64,000 nucleotides of DNA from Marsupella aquatica (taxonomy: Eukaryota; Plantae; Marchantiophyta). The position numbers and the translations under genes were made by a program. Shown here one piece after another: positions 49,801 through 64,000 of this stretch. The stretch spans positions 11,493,832 to 11,557,831 of the forward strand of contig OZ316897.1 in assembly GCA_973895155.1 (NCBI GenBank), in the 5' to 3' direction. Under the pieces are notes generated by a model. It had not been told where the DNA came from. It saw only the letters and a list, made by a program, of their open reading frames with translations, and did not search any database. The first letter of the stretch is position 1; every line of letters starts with the position of its first letter.

Positions 49801-52800
49801 TCAGAAAGTCATAGCGGGATTCGGTCGTTCTAGGGTTCATAGATTCTGCGATCAGGAGCTATTTTGATGTCTGGATTCTTTTCTACGAAGTTGTCTGATT
49901 TGATGAGAAATTAAGTTTTTCTGGGATTTGGGTTAATTGCTTGATTCGCAGCCTCGTTCATTCCTGCTTGTCACTTTTTGACCTGTCCCATAGCTCCTTT
50001 TAATTTGTCTGGGAGACTTCGATGAAATGCCGAAAGAAAACGACCATCATAAAATCACAGTGGGATTCGGCCGTTTCAGGTTTCATAGATCCTACGATCA
50101 GGAGCCATTATGATGTGTGGTTTTCTTTGTACACAGTTGTTTGATTTGATGAAATGAAAGCAATATTTCCTGGGATTTGGGTTGATTGCTGAATGAATGA
50201 TCGCAGCCTCATTCATTCCTTCTTATCGCAGGACCTCTCCAAGGCAGGAAGTTTGGCTGTCTTGCCGAGCTCTTCTCGCTCATGGTTCTTCACATCGCCG
50301 GGATGCATACATGGCAATTGCTTCATTTTCAGACTTTTTGTTACCTTCTGAACTTACATCGAGGCAGAATGAAATATCGATTTTGCCAAGCGAGGATTTT
50401 GATATACGAGATCAACTAGAATTTTGGGAAGTGCTGAAAATGGGACTGGTATGGACCTAGCTCCAATTGTCACCTAGTTACCTTGCAGTTCAGCAAATAT
50501 TTCTTTCCATGCATATTGCGTGAGATTTTTGACCAGAGTATGTGGCCTGACAACGTGGAGATATCGCCGTTTCTACATGATGATTCGATATGGAGGTTCC
50601 CTCTGCTGATTGGACTGACTCATAGCAGTATGCTTTTTTATTCGTTCATGGGTCAGCTTAGTCAGCGTGTTCAAACAGGTTGTGTTGTATATATAACGAC
50701 TGTCTAGTTTGATTATGTCAGGGAGATGCGGACACTTTGACCAGAAAACGAGCCCTGCACATATTTAAAAGGGCACTTTCTAGTATTGACGTATCAACAG
50801 AAGTCTCGAAAAGTAAAGCTGGGCATCCTGCCTCTTCTGATAGAGATCTGTCGGGGAAGAGCATTGGCAAAGGTCCCAAAGTGCCACTTTCTACCAAACG
50901 TAATAAGTGGGCTGAGGAGGAGGCAGCTTCCCTCGGAGTGGCAGCTGTGAAAAACAAAATGACACAAGTGGAGGGATGGTCTCAGCGCTGGGATGCATTT
51001 ATCTTGCTCCATGAAACTCTAGAAGAATATGGTATCCATCTTGTGGAAGCAGCTTGGAGTCACCAGGTAGTTTCCGACTGTTTCCATCTGTCCGTTCGGG
51101 TTCAGTATTACAAATTGCTTTTCGTCTTTCTCGATGTTGCATTCGTCAATCTTAGTTGCCAATTGATTTGATATTATGCGTGCCACAGATGTCACTCCTA
51201 CTGCAGTTTACGAGATCAAAGGGTGATTCCAAGGACTCAGCTCCTTATTGGGCCGGCGCGTGGTCTCAAAAGAAATCAAGCAGCGTTGATGTCAACTTTA
51301 CATGGATCGCAGTATTATGGCAGCGTGGCTTTGATCATACAAACCCTCAAGGTAATAGCAATCTGAGTTGCTTAAAGTTTTATTTAGATCTCGCAGTGGG
51401 CTGTATTTCCCAGATATTACTTTTCCTTCCACAGTCACATTCTGGACAAAGTATTCTCTTTTGTTCATTTCTGTTTCTGACACGCCAAGAAAGAGCGATT
51501 GCTGATGCCCAAAGCCCCAAGATTGCGGTTGATACATTTGTGCAAAGCTTATCATAGAATTGGATAGAGAAGTTGGTTATTGTGCATGTATTCTGCATGA
51601 AACCTCATGGGATACTTTTTTTGTATAAGACTTTCTACTTTTTTTCATGGGTTCCAAACAATATTTCATACATCTGGATGGTCACATTTCTTTTTGGGTT
51701 AATATGTTGGGTTGAAAGCAGTGCGGCGTTTGGTGATGCAGTCCTTCCTGGAGTTTGATTGGGAGCGAATTCGGAAATTGTCATTATTGCTGCCTGAAGA
51801 CTTTGTCTTGGGCTCCTTAGTACAAGCCCTAGATGACGCTGTCCAACACCGGGAGTTCGGTTAGTTGCGCATTCTACAATGGGAGAGATCTGTAACTATA
51901 TAAAATTACAGAGTGTTGAGTATGAATCTGTTTTGTCTCCAGACCTGCCCTTGTTTTAGGCTGCTTCGAAGCTCACTGTGACAGAAATCGGTTCTTAATT
52001 GAAGTGATACGCTGTTTTGTCGGAGCACTAAAGTAGTGCCTGACATTATGGACAGGAATGAAAGGCATTTATTCATCTGCCACAACGATGGGAGCAGCAA
52101 AATTCATGAGTGCATATAGTGCTTCTTTGCCACCTAGGTATCACTGATTCTAACAGAGGTCCACCTTTGGTTTGCACATGTTCTCATGGGCTATCCCACT
52201 CTCCAATGTATCAAGCTCAATAGGATACCAATCAATGGATTGTTTTTAAGCATTCAAAGCACTTGAGCAGACAGGGTTACAGGATAGATTGTTCTTGTGT
52301 TTCGTCCACCAATTCGTGTGATCATCAAGCTATGAACGATCTTGTTCTTCGTTTATTCGCTTGTAACCTGGTATAGACTTTTGTAACTTGCAGGCGACGT
52401 GTTGGATTTGTGGTAAGACTGGCAAAAGGGCTACTTTCTCAATCCCGCACACGTCCTGGGCTCATGACTCTGGCCGTGTGCTTGGAAGCAGCAGCTTTGG
52501 GATCTTCGCCTGGAAAGTTGAGACCCGTAATACCTGGTAGGGAGCAAATATTGCCGATCAAGGACGCAGAAATCTTGGATAGTGAAGATGGTCCAATAGT
52601 CATGCTTGAGCTTCTTAAGAATGTGGTGGAGAACAGCAAGCGGCATTTTAATCCTAAATATCGGGAAAAAGGTAATCTTGAATCTTGCTTATTTTTACCT
52701 AATTTAGTAGTTCCCTGAATGTCAACTGTTCAAAATTTCAATGTATAGTGTACTCGCATCGCGGAGGTGTCTAGCCATTGTTTGGTTCGTCTAACTTGTG

Positions 52801-55800
52801 AAGTCATGATCGACGAGGTAGACGTCGCAGTGCACATAAGGATAGATCATGTCAATCTTACTGTTCGGCCGTCGATTGTCTGTCGTAAATCCTTTATTAG
52901 AAGAGCCTATCCTTTCCTTCTTCCCCTGTAATGGTGGAGGCCTCGTGCCTATAAAGATCAATCCTGGTTAGAAAATTTGCTAGCAAGCTACCAAAACGGA
53001 TGTTAAGCAATTATGCACTGATTGTCTTTGTCTTAGCTGGCCGTCACGGCAAATCTTCCTTTCTATCTGTTTCACCTTTGGCACACTTGCTGCCCTTGTA
53101 CTTCTTGTCCTTGCTCCTTTGGCAGTGTCTGTTCATCTAATGTATTCCCGAGAACCTGACTAGGATACTATGGTTCCTATTGGTTTAGGGTACGGAGTGG
53201 AGAGAACCACTTAACGGTCACTAGTTGCTCTCGTGTAGCTAGCTGATCCTGAAATGATTGCAGACTGACCACAGTATTCCTTTTGCTCATCTGAACTAAT
53301 CGTTTACACGATTCTGGAACCTGTGCAGTGTGCGGCCATGTCCTTAGAACTGCTTCAGCCTTGCTCGTTCTTCCAGACTTTCCTTTCAGTAGATTTGCCT
53401 TCTTCCTGTCATCCTTTCCGAGGGAGCTCTTGATGCCTTATGGTAAGACCTGTGCTACTATATTGTTTCTATTGACTGGTATAATTTATTGCTTTCATAA
53501 AGTACCTAGAAAAAGTTATTTTATGTCATTACAAGCATATCACAAGGATATTTCTTACAGTAGCTGACTTCCCAGTTGGCTGAGGTAGAGGTAGGCAGTT
53601 GTAATGGTACACATTCCTAACCTTAAAGGTGACGAGAATCCAGGTGCAGTACCAGTAACAAGTTTCAATGATGAATCGTGTAGGCGACTTACACAGTCAG
53701 TTGATGGCTTGGGTATTTCCCGCCGAAACTGTAGCCGGCATTGCCTCTCATTCTGATGTTGACAAGTGGGTGCTGGAGGGCCTCAATGTTATGCTTGAGG
53801 TCTACTTGAAATCCCTTGGCCCTACGTCCTCTCCTGTCACGGATGAAGATGTAGATGCATGGAGACTGGAGGCAGGACGGTGGGCAAGGCTATTTATTTT
53901 TGGGTTTGTAGGAGGGAGCAGCGTCTTGGAGATACTTTTGGTGAGGATCTAGCTTCATTTCCTTGGTCGATTGGGTTTAATGTAGCAATACCCAATGTAG
54001 CAATACCTGTTGAATACACGTTTACTGTAGGTTGGTCACACCAGGCGATACTTGCTTGTGAGGTACACTTTATGTGGTTGCTATCTATCCCGACTCCGAT
54101 CGTGTACCGTGTCCAAGTGATACTGACACATTTGAGGAGTGGATTACATTTTGCGTAGTTATGATAGCAAATTATCAATATTTCAATGTGATGGCAGATG
54201 ATATCCTCGTCTTGACGTAAGGATTTACCTTATTGGTCAATTGTTTTGGTGAGCAGCTCATTGAACAGCACGCACTGCAATTGTACAATTATGGTCACAT
54301 GGCAACCTGCACATCTGTAAAAGTCCTGGTTCTCATCCAAAGCCTCTTCAAGGAATGCACCCTTCCTCCAGATTTTGCGTCAAGCGGAACTGTCCTCTCA
54401 ACTGACTCTGGTGAAATCAATAAGCGATCAGAAGCTGAAGGCAAGGCTATTCCAACTTTAATTACCGGCATCTCAAATTTGGTTTTATCAATCATGGTAT
54501 GTTTCCGGAGGATAACCCGAATCTTGAATCTTTTATAATTAACATGTACACAAGTTTTCAAGAAGACTTCTAGTATGGGAGGTAGAAACTAGTATTGATT
54601 TTGAAACAATTAATCTAGTAGTGATTGTTAAATTGTCTGGAAAGTTTGTACCGGATTAATCAAGCCTCGTAAATTATAATTTGATCTGAAGTTTGATGTT
54701 GATTATACGACTTCTTTGCACGTTTCACAGTTGACCGTTCCAATTTCAGTCGGATCTCCAATTAGAGTATGGTCATCAAAGTGAATCGTATCCAGACAAT
54801 CCAGTTACTTATATAGAACTAAATTTTTGGGGCTAATGAAAGCTAACTAAATTAAGATGCCGGTACCTGAATTCCGATCTCCAAGTTCGATCTCTCCAAA
54901 ACTTTAGTTATATCTCAGTAACTAGAAAGACTCTATGTCCGATGAAAAGAGCTTAGCAATCAATAATAGCAAAACAAGATCTTATAATGCATTAAGATCC
55001 ATACTTCTTTGTATTGTGTTTTTAGAGTTGTTATAGAGGATATCTTGAATCTGTGAGTTGTTTGTGCAGGTTGAAGTCAACGATTTTGCGAGGAGGTCTG
55101 CAGCTATTTTCTGGGAGCGCTACTCAGACCCTGTAGTACTTCCGGCGTCTGTGAGTGGAAAGCTTGGGGGTCCAAGCCAGCGCCGTCTACCATCTGCTTT
55201 GACATCAGCTGTTTTGCAAGGGGTAGGTTTACCAGATCCGGTGTTGTGATACCATTAGCTGGAATGCTGTTTGGAAAGAGCTACTGTTTTGAATCGGTAC
55301 TTTGCCCAACTCTCTAGTTAAATGGCAGGTTGTCGTGAAGCTCACTCACATTCTGTTGATGACAAGTCTACATCTTAGTGGTTTCCTTTTATAGCCGATA
55401 TTGGGTTTATGCTACTTAGCAATGAGCGATTTGGAGATGGAGCTGTTAGGATGCTTTGTTGTTCATCGATCAGTCATCACAGAAATAGATGCTTACGAAT
55501 ATGCCGGCAGTTCAGACGAAGTTGACAGATTATGATGTAACCTTCTATGAAGGTACTCTCCATATCAACTGTTGCCGATTGTTGTCTATGGTGCTGTTCT
55601 GCGGGTTGCGAACTCGACATACCAGAATCTGTGTTGAATTTTCTATGGCAGTTTGCCTGGGAAGCCACGGCAGCATCAAATGTTTTGACCGAGGTATGCC
55701 CTCCGGTCCCTACTATGTCCCCTGGATGCCGTCCTGTCACAACATAGCATGAGGAATTAACATCTAGGAAGGTTTGGAAAATTTAGAGTAATCGTTCGTT

Positions 55801-58800
55801 TAGATCCTGGCGTCTAGTTTTCTTTTGTGGGAAAATGATTATGTGGGTTTGATGATCTGTCTACTGGCATTAATCAGATCATTGTCTGCCAGAATAACCG
55901 TTTAACCAAGATCGGTGATTCTCTGAAAATAGTTCGAATGTCGTTTATGTCGGATTTTGCAGCTTGGCGCCGAACTCCAGCTCGCAGCTTATGAGGCTTT
56001 GACATCTGTATGTTCTGCACTGTCAGCTACAGTCCATCCCTTTTTTGTCACTGCTGCTCATGCCTTTGTGATGCGTGAGAGCGCACGGTACCCTTTGTTA
56101 CCAGGGAAAGCGGAACTGATGGTGGACAGTTTGATCAAGGCTCTTTTACAAAATGTCGACGCTTCTGCTCGTGCTGGTGCTCTTGCCAGAAGTCGACGAG
56201 CAGTACTTGCTGCATACAAGGCAAGTATGCCCATCTGTCCGTCGGTTCCAATACCTACTAGAAAATGATACTGAGGCCTTAGAAATGACTGCAGCTGGGC
56301 ATAGTTTTCTTCGGAAAACGCAGAGCGGCGTAACAGAATGTATTCTTCAGACGCAACTTGACACTATATCTAAGTCAAATAATGTTCAACTTTTAGCAAA
56401 TGTATTCTGTCAGTTTTTGCAATTTTCCTGAGATGCCACTTCGAGAGGGGTTATGTTCGAAGAGAGCTGGCTCCTTTTGGCTAGTGTCTACTCCTACCTA
56501 CCATCAATCTACTAAGGATGCGTAGGCAGCAGCGTTTGTGCTGAGTTTACTCTTTGTTGTTCATTCTGGCCAGTGGTCCTGTCTCGACTCTCTCCTATCA
56601 ATACCGAAGAGCGCAGTCTCTGGTCGTCATGAGGACCAAAATTTGAGTGCAGCCTCCAATTCCATTCTGTATACAATTTTGCAAGATTCGATTGAGAGGT
56701 AACTTTGCAAATCCTTTAACCAAGTTGGAGGCGTTGTAGTTATATAGGTTTTATGGACTGTTTTGTATCTTCTCTGCATATCATGACACTGATGAAGATA
56801 TCTGCTTTTTGGCGTGAAAATTATTCTGATAGTTTAGTCACTTGTTGTCCTTGTCGCTGAAGCCTGGAATGTGCTGGCGAGGAGTACCTTCTTCCTCTTC
56901 TGAGGTGCATAAGGTGGCTAATGCAATGGGGTATCCTAGGTCAAATGGAAACAGATGACGATCCTGACAAGAAATATCAGGTTGGGATTCTTATCTGCCT
57001 CGAAGAGAGAATTACTACTAATCCACTGGAAGTTTGAAAGAAATGTTTTTTCCTAACTTATTTTTCCGCGTAGGACTTGAGTATCTTGACATCACACTTG
57101 TTGACAGCGTTTTAGAGGATATTACATCAAAGAAGTAGGTACTTGGCCTTTGATTATATGCTAGAAACATTTACAAAATTTTGAATCCTTGAAGTTCACT
57201 TGTGAGCTGAGTGCGTGAACTTGGAGGAAATGTGGACCGAGATATCGGCATCAACTTACTAGAAACTAGGAAGACGTGAGATAAGAAAACCTATATCAAG
57301 CACGATCAATGGAAGTGGATCAGGAATTGAGTGTGTTGTTTGAACAGACTTTTATTGATCGATCTCAGGGAAGAAAATCTAGACTGAAGAGACTCACTTA
57401 AACAAACCTGGACTCAAATGGCAAAAGGAGAGATATACTAGTATCTCATACAGAAAGGATATATGCTGGCATGGACTACAGTTAACAAGGACTGATCATG
57501 AGTTTGTGGACTCTTACCACATTCGCTAAGAGATTCTATGACAGGCACCCAGATATGGTCTCAAGGTTGAGGTAGCCTGATGTCTAATCATAACTCATTT
57601 CTCTATGGAATTAAAATGGTTAAGTTTACCAACTGTATCACTAACGAGTCGAGCATGATCTGGAAACACCAATTGTTGTGATTTTGGACCCAGAGACTCG
57701 TGCTCTAGCTAATGCCACACATTCACGTTGTGATCGAAGCGATAGTGTGGATTCTAAGCAAATTCGTAATAAATTTGAGTTCTGTAAATGTAGGTCATGT
57801 GGACATTAGTGCAGTCTGGATGGTCTACCATGGCCGACTGTAACAAGCGCAAGGTCGCGCCGACTGCAGCTTTTCTCTCAGCAATTTTTCATCCGGCGAT
57901 ATTTGGTGATCACGAAATGCACGGGTCTGTGGAGGACTCGGACGAGCATGGACCGTTGAAGTGGGTAAGTAGTTCCCGTAGTCACTCGCTTGGAACTTTG
58001 CAAAACTTACGTTTCTGGAATGCCCTGGTTTACGATTTAAGGTGAAAATTTTTGTCCTGTTCGTCCTACCTTCCCATAGTTTTCAATTTTGTTGTTGTTT
58101 GAATCAGCTTTATAGTGGAACTTAGTCACCTTATCGTTACGCAGGATTCACCATACTATGTTCTTACCAAGACTTTTGTACAGTGCAGCTGTTAAATCGT
58201 CTGATAGACCAGGGCTCTCGGAGTCCTCGGACAATGCGATTGACTGCACTGCATATTACTGGCCTCTGGTTGATGTTTCCAGGGACGGCCATCTTCTATA
58301 TGCCGGAACTGAAGAAATTAGCACTGCATGGAGGAGGTAAATACTTGAGCTAATGCTATGTAGGTGGGAATAGAACTCACTGCATTCAGACTTGAGTATC
58401 GGATTGGCGTAGATGCTCTTTCTGTTGTGTTGGTCAATGGATTCAATCTTCTTTTCAAGTAGAACACATACAGATAAACGACTATAACAAATTCTTCATA
58501 ATAGGAGAACATGGGCAGACTGACATACAAGGATCAAGAGAGTATTTACTTTGTGAGGTTTGTTTTAGAAGCTTTGAAATGGGCTTGTCCAAGAATGACA
58601 TGTTTGAATCTTCACAATTGAGTCCTTAAAGACCTTTCCCTTATGCTTCCAGAAGCTGTGGACGAGGAGCTAGATGGAGAGATAATTGAGAGCCAGATAT
58701 CAGCTCGGGAATTTGCAACCTTGATCGAGAGTTCTGACCCAGAACTTACAGAGGCCAGTCTCTTTTCCACTCCAAACCGTCTAAAGTTTAAAGATAAATT

Positions 58801-61800
58801 TGGGTTTTCGGCGTTATCCTAACAAGTACTGGTGTCCTCGCAGGAATTCACCAACTCAGAAATGTATGTGCGAGTGATAGTGGCTGTCATGGTTCACAAA
58901 CTTGCCAGTCTAGTTGAAGAGCAAAAGGTTAACGATGATGCCGGACTGGTGATGAGGACACAAGCTGTAAACTTTGGGCGGAAGTTTCTCCTACAACTTC
59001 TAAATGCAGCGGTAAGCTTGTTGTCGGTTGAATATAAATGCGGAAGTGTACAGAATTCTTCAATGAATTCCTCAAATGCACAAGTGACAGGCTTGACTTT
59101 TGAATTTCCCTTGTTGTGCTGATGGCCACCCCTTTTCTAAGCGTCAGCTTATCCGAGTTTCTGATTTTGCCTGTTGTCCCATTTCATGATTTGTGCAATC
59201 GTCACCATTGTGGGGGCAATGCTTGCGGTGAAGAAAGATTACCGTTTGTCGTTGTTCGGTAGCCATTCCTAGAAAATCTACCCGCGTTTGATTGAATGAC
59301 GGTTGCTGTTCTGCAATGTAAGTCTTGGTTCTAATTGGGTTGGTTCTTGGCAGGCCGCAGACGCGGATCTGTCAAAGGAGTTGTACAAAAGAAAGAGTGC
59401 TGTAAGTGAAACGATGAGATTTACATTTAATGTGCTTGATCGTCTCTTTTGCTGCCATGTTGTCGACGTTAACATGTGTTATTGTGGCGATTACCGATCT
59501 GCTTGCGGTTGATGAAATTCAGGGACAGATCTGTTTTTCCCAAATTTAGATGTAGCATCAGCTGGTGTTTTGTTTCACTGTTTATCATCTCTTGAGGATC
59601 CGTCGACTTGAAAACTCAGACATTCGTATCGTGTCGGCCATACTTCCCTTTCTTACGGGTTCTCACCAGTTTAATCCTGATCAGAAAAATGATATGGATC
59701 TGATGTAGAGTGGCTGATCTTTTGGTTGGTCAGCACTAGACATAGATTCCCTTGTCACAACCTTTCAAGTATCCAGACACAAAGGCCCCCTTGCAATTGC
59801 TACAGCAAGTCACTCCTCTCACATTATTCACCACTGACGCACCCTGGCCAGAGATGCGCATAACACCGCAGTAACCAGAGAGATGCTATTGAGAACGTGG
59901 GTTCATGATTTGCAGATACATCGACGTAAAGTGAGAGTGTGGCAGTTGTTGTGTATTCTCTCAAGGTTTTTCAGCAAAGATGATGTTGCAGAAGTGATGT
60001 CACTACTCAAAGTTTGTCTGTATGTGAGTATAAGTGTAACTTGAAATTAATTTCCTTTCTGATGTCTCTCTGATGCCAACATCGTCCTGAAATGATTTTG
60101 TCTTCAGTCTTTGACGGACCCCTAATTCTTTGTTCTGAATTTGGTCAGAAAAACAATATGCCATCTGTTCGTCAGTACATCGAGGCGTTTGCCATAAATT
60201 TCTACCTCCAATTCCCACATTTGGTATATCCTGAACCGTTACCTTCTTTTGAGCGGACAATATTTAGAGAAGCTCTGTAATCTACATGAATACCCACCTA
60301 GCAGACTGGAAAGTCTTGCCAATTGTCTCGTCGCTATCACGGAACAAAGACAGCCGATGTTCCAAATTATAAATCTTCAAATAGATGCCAATTTATTTGC
60401 CTACTGAATTATCCTAGCAATGCGTCGTCGATTGCCAGGTTGAGGAGTCGTTGATTCCCGTTCTGTACGACTACAATATGAAAACTCAGGTGATATTCTA
60501 GGCAGTCCCGTTTCCATGAAAACTTTAGCAATCTTGGAATGGACTCCACTCTATTTCTTGTTATAGTTACCCTCTGTAAGTGTGGCAGTTACCAGCCATC
60601 TCCTAGCAGCAGTTGTTGATACCACTCGGTCGACCTATAGCAGCATGAGATAGGATAATGAATATCATAACGGCAGAGTTAATTCTTAGGTGCAACGCGA
60701 TGATTGACATGCAAAGCACACACGGAGAAGAAGTACTCACAGTGGCCCTTGTCAGGCTCTCTCTTCGTACGTATTGATTGCCGCAAACGTACTCATGTTC
60801 ACGCAAACACCGCAACAAATAACTTTTCTTCAGCAAGTTCTTCCTGCGATTTTGCCTTTTATGACCAGCCACCACCACAATCTTCGTAGTTTTACTCAGG
60901 TAAACTAGTACTATCCGACATTTTTTCTTCAGTTATCACAGATGTGGTGTCACCGTAGGGGACGCATAGTGTCCATTCCGCTTAGGTGCTCTGCTCCAAC
61001 AATAGTGCTAAATCGAAAACTTTGTAATTGGCCACTTTGGAAATCGATGTGACATTACGTTTCATAACACGCATACATTCTGACGGTTTGCAAGTGAAGT
61101 CAACTGTTGTCAACAAATTGAGTTCAGTGTTGAACGTTGGTGTTTGCAGGTTCTCACTTATAAGATTCTGCACAGATTTTCAAACTCTGAGGGTCTCGTC
61201 ACTATCAACCAAGGTGCTGTCGGTGAAGGGCAATGTCTACGAGCAATTTCTAATTACTTGGAAGGCAATACTGACTGCACGAGGTAATTTTCGAGAAATT
61301 AATAGAATTGTTCTGCAATTTCTGGTATTTATGATTGAAATTCTCTGGCTGTCGATTTATTGCAATTAACGGATTGACATCAATGTCAGCAAAAGCAGCA
61401 GGGCTGGGGGAGGGTGGGGGCGGGGAGGTGGAACAATTTACTTGAAGCATCCATCGTCTAGGTGGCCTAAAGTTAAATCTTACAATTATCTAAGATTCCA
61501 GGAATTGAAAGACGTTTGTACTTTCAGTATAGAAAAAGAAAGGTTGAGACACCACGGAGTAGGGCTCCGCTATAATGATGCGGTAAATTTTAGAGGACTA
61601 ATCGTTGCTACCAACTGATATCTTCGCCAATCTAACAATAAAACCGCTGTCGAAGGATAAATGACTAACTCATTGTAAGAGCTTATTGTCTGTCTTCGCG
61701 TGTGGTTACAAGAAGATCCACACCCTTATCAATGAATTGTAAGAGTTGATCTAGCCTCATCCTGTACCACACTTTCATCTTACAATGCTGGAAGAACAGA

Positions 61801-64000
61801 ATGGACCTGTTAGGAATTCTCCTTTCTTAATCGAGGTCAGTTGCTGTACAGCTGCTGATGCGAATTGTGAACTTACCCTGATGCAGGATGAGGATCTCTA
61901 TTGAGAAGCACGTGGATGCATTTGATCCATTGACTATGACAACACCAAGAGGACTATTCTGCAGCAACAAGGGAGAAGTAGATCCTTCCCGGGTAAGTCG
62001 GGAGTTGTGTTCTGGGTCAACGATTTTTGAAAATCCTCGGTGAGCAAGTTTCTGAAACACTTGGTTCTCTGCTACAAACACGTTTATTTTTCAGAGTGCG
62101 GAAGATCACCCATTTGAGTGCGTGCCAGTTGCAGTTCTCGATCAAGTGGCGCACTTTCTCACTGTAAGTTTCTTGATTTCTTTCCTTCTCTCAGCCCACT
62201 GGTTAGAATGATGAGTCGACAACATTGTAAAGAGAGAATGATTTGGTTGAAATGTAATTCTTGGCGTTTTCTGTACTAGAGATGCACTTGCTTATGCATT
62301 CACCTGTGGCTCCCCAGGGCGCGAGGGAGGAATTGCGAGAATCAATGGCGGCAGATGCAGTTGCACTCAATGCTGAAAGCTTTAGCTCTCTAAATGAAAT
62401 GGACGGTGCAGAGCCTCACATGAAAGGTCTTTCGAGTACAAATCAAGGCCAGTTAAATCTTGGGGTGTCAAATACAGACATGTCCAGCCTCAGATCAGAC
62501 TTACCTAGCCAAGTTGGCTCTCCAATCAAGGATGAAACTGATTCCCTGCCAAACGGGAATTCTAATATCCAGAAGAAAATAGCCTCTTTAAGGTTCAACG
62601 ATGCAAATGCTGCTTATGATGTTGAAGAAGAGCTACTTCTTTCCAGTATCGAGTCCAGAGCAAAAGAGCTTATTCGCATGCGTGGTGGTCGCCAAGACTT
62701 AATCGTGGTGGCTTCACTCCTGGGACGTGTCCCTAATCTTGCTGGGTTGGCTCGCACTTGTGAGGTAAGATGCACTGCATGTAGAGTACCTTTTACTTTC
62801 AGGTGAAACAAACTCGAGACCCAAGCAACACGGACCGGAGTTTTTCTCTGATCCACATGATATGATCCAACTTGTATGGAAGCATGGAATGCTAATTGGG
62901 TGAAGGCACAGAAAGCTGAAAACGGCTAAAGAGCCGAAAGTGGATTGTGAAATCCTTCAGAGATTGATTGTCCTGTACAGCAAAGGCCTGCTTTCAAGCT
63001 ATTTTAGAGGTCACCGTTTATCAAAGCCCTTCGATGAATCACTGATGCGTCACATTATCCTGGTTGCACTCAGGTGTTCAAGGCATCTAGTTTAGTTGTA
63101 GCAGATGCTAGCATTGCGGAAAACAGACAATTTCAATTGATCAGGTAAGTTCATTCTCTCCTATATCGTTTCTACTAGCTTGAGATCACAAGAACTTTCT
63201 ATATTCCATAGAAAGTATTGGCCACTGTATTTCCTTTTGCCGCTAGCTTCTTTAATTCAGCCCACTAGACAAATAATTAGCCGAATGTTGAATGTAATTT
63301 GGTTCAGCTGCAGAAAAATAAAGCTTAGAGCATTTCAGTTCTTTCCTAAACCTGGACACCTCACCCATAGAAAGAGTTACCATGTATTACAAGACTCGTC
63401 GACATACCGTCTCTACGGTTTTGTCAAATCAATCCGTGGGCGGGTCTTATCATTGCTTGCTATTGATGTTGCTTTGGGAATCGGTGTTCTGTCGGATGGT
63501 TTTCTTGGCTCAGTGTAACGGCCGATCAGTGGATCCCTCTTGTTGAAGTCCCAGAAGCTGCACTCAACACCTATTTAAATCGCAAAAGGAAAGAGGGATA
63601 TTCTGTTTTGGGGCTCGAACAGACTGCCAACAGTGTCTCCATCGACAAATTTGTATTCCCGGAGAAAGTGGTGCGCTTCTTCATTGTTTCCATGTTTTAT
63701 GATAGATAGTATTTTTACTTCATACTTCCCCTGTACAAAATGACGGTCCTTAGTGCTAGATTTGTGGTTCGTCATACTACCTAACCGTGTTTTGACACGG
63801 ACTCTTTCTGGGTTTGCAATAGGTTTTGGTGCTGGGACGGGAATCGGATGGAATACCTGTTGACGTCATTCAAGCCCTTGACACATGTGTGGAGATCCCG
63901 CAGCTCGGAGTCATTCGCTCCCTTAATGTCCATGTCAGTGGAGCAATAGCAATCTGGGAATATACGCGGCAGCATCTCAACTCTAGAACTAATTTGGTGG
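46850..64000 (+). CDS. TRM3: Trm3/TARBP1-like tRNA (guanosine-2'-O)-methyltransferase, SpoU family; about 35 exons; stop lies beyond the window
   Basis: Phase-consistent exon chain from 46850-47023, 48581-48677, 48797-48891 and 49144-49679 through to 63823-64000. Helical N-terminal region ([50 protein letters not shown]) and SpoU motifs [34 protein letters not shown] and [11 protein letters not shown]...[16 protein letters not shown]. Confidence 0.93.
49728..50220. repeat. Diverged ~245-bp tandem duplication filling intron 4 of the Trm3-like gene
   Basis: Both copies run 'ttttgacctgtccc...gggattcgg.cgtt...tcataga...cgatcaggagc...gatttgatga...ctgggatttgggtt.attgct...tcgcagcctc.ttcattcct'. Confidence 0.9.

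Noticed and set aside
49153-62806. Many separate short + strand ORFs as independent genes
   Set aside because: They are exons (with intron read-through) of the single Trm3/TARBP1-like gene, linked by phase-consistent splice sites.

Overview
Eukaryotic nuclear DNA from a land plant. A bryophyte, possibly a liverwort, is my inference from gene content, long leaders and intron style; it cannot be proven here. 0-14 kb is a variable region. It holds two tandem intronless paralogues (603 and 679 aa) with ribonuclease-inhibitor-type LRRs and motifs resembling the C-terminus of TORNADO1-type Roco proteins, but no Roc GTPase/COR core. A repeat/TE-filled spacer separates them, and a decayed LRR receptor-like kinase follows. 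From 14 kb onward are five spliced housekeeping genes that I assembled by hand: a plastid-type GNAT (-), a DUF1295 membrane protein (+), a UBC4/5-type E2 (-), an LPA1-like P-loop NTPase (-) and a large Trm3/TARBP1-like SpoU methyltransferase (+, runs off the window end). The most unusual non-genic items are (i) a GC-rich, hairpin-forming, B-box-containing repeat array upstream of the E2 gene (32977-33447), (ii) a minisatellite whose units each look like a complete intron plus microexon (16813-17552), and (iii) a ~1.1 kb coding-like insert in intron 1 of the Trm3 gene. Family assignments rest on motifs recognised by eye; no searches were run.
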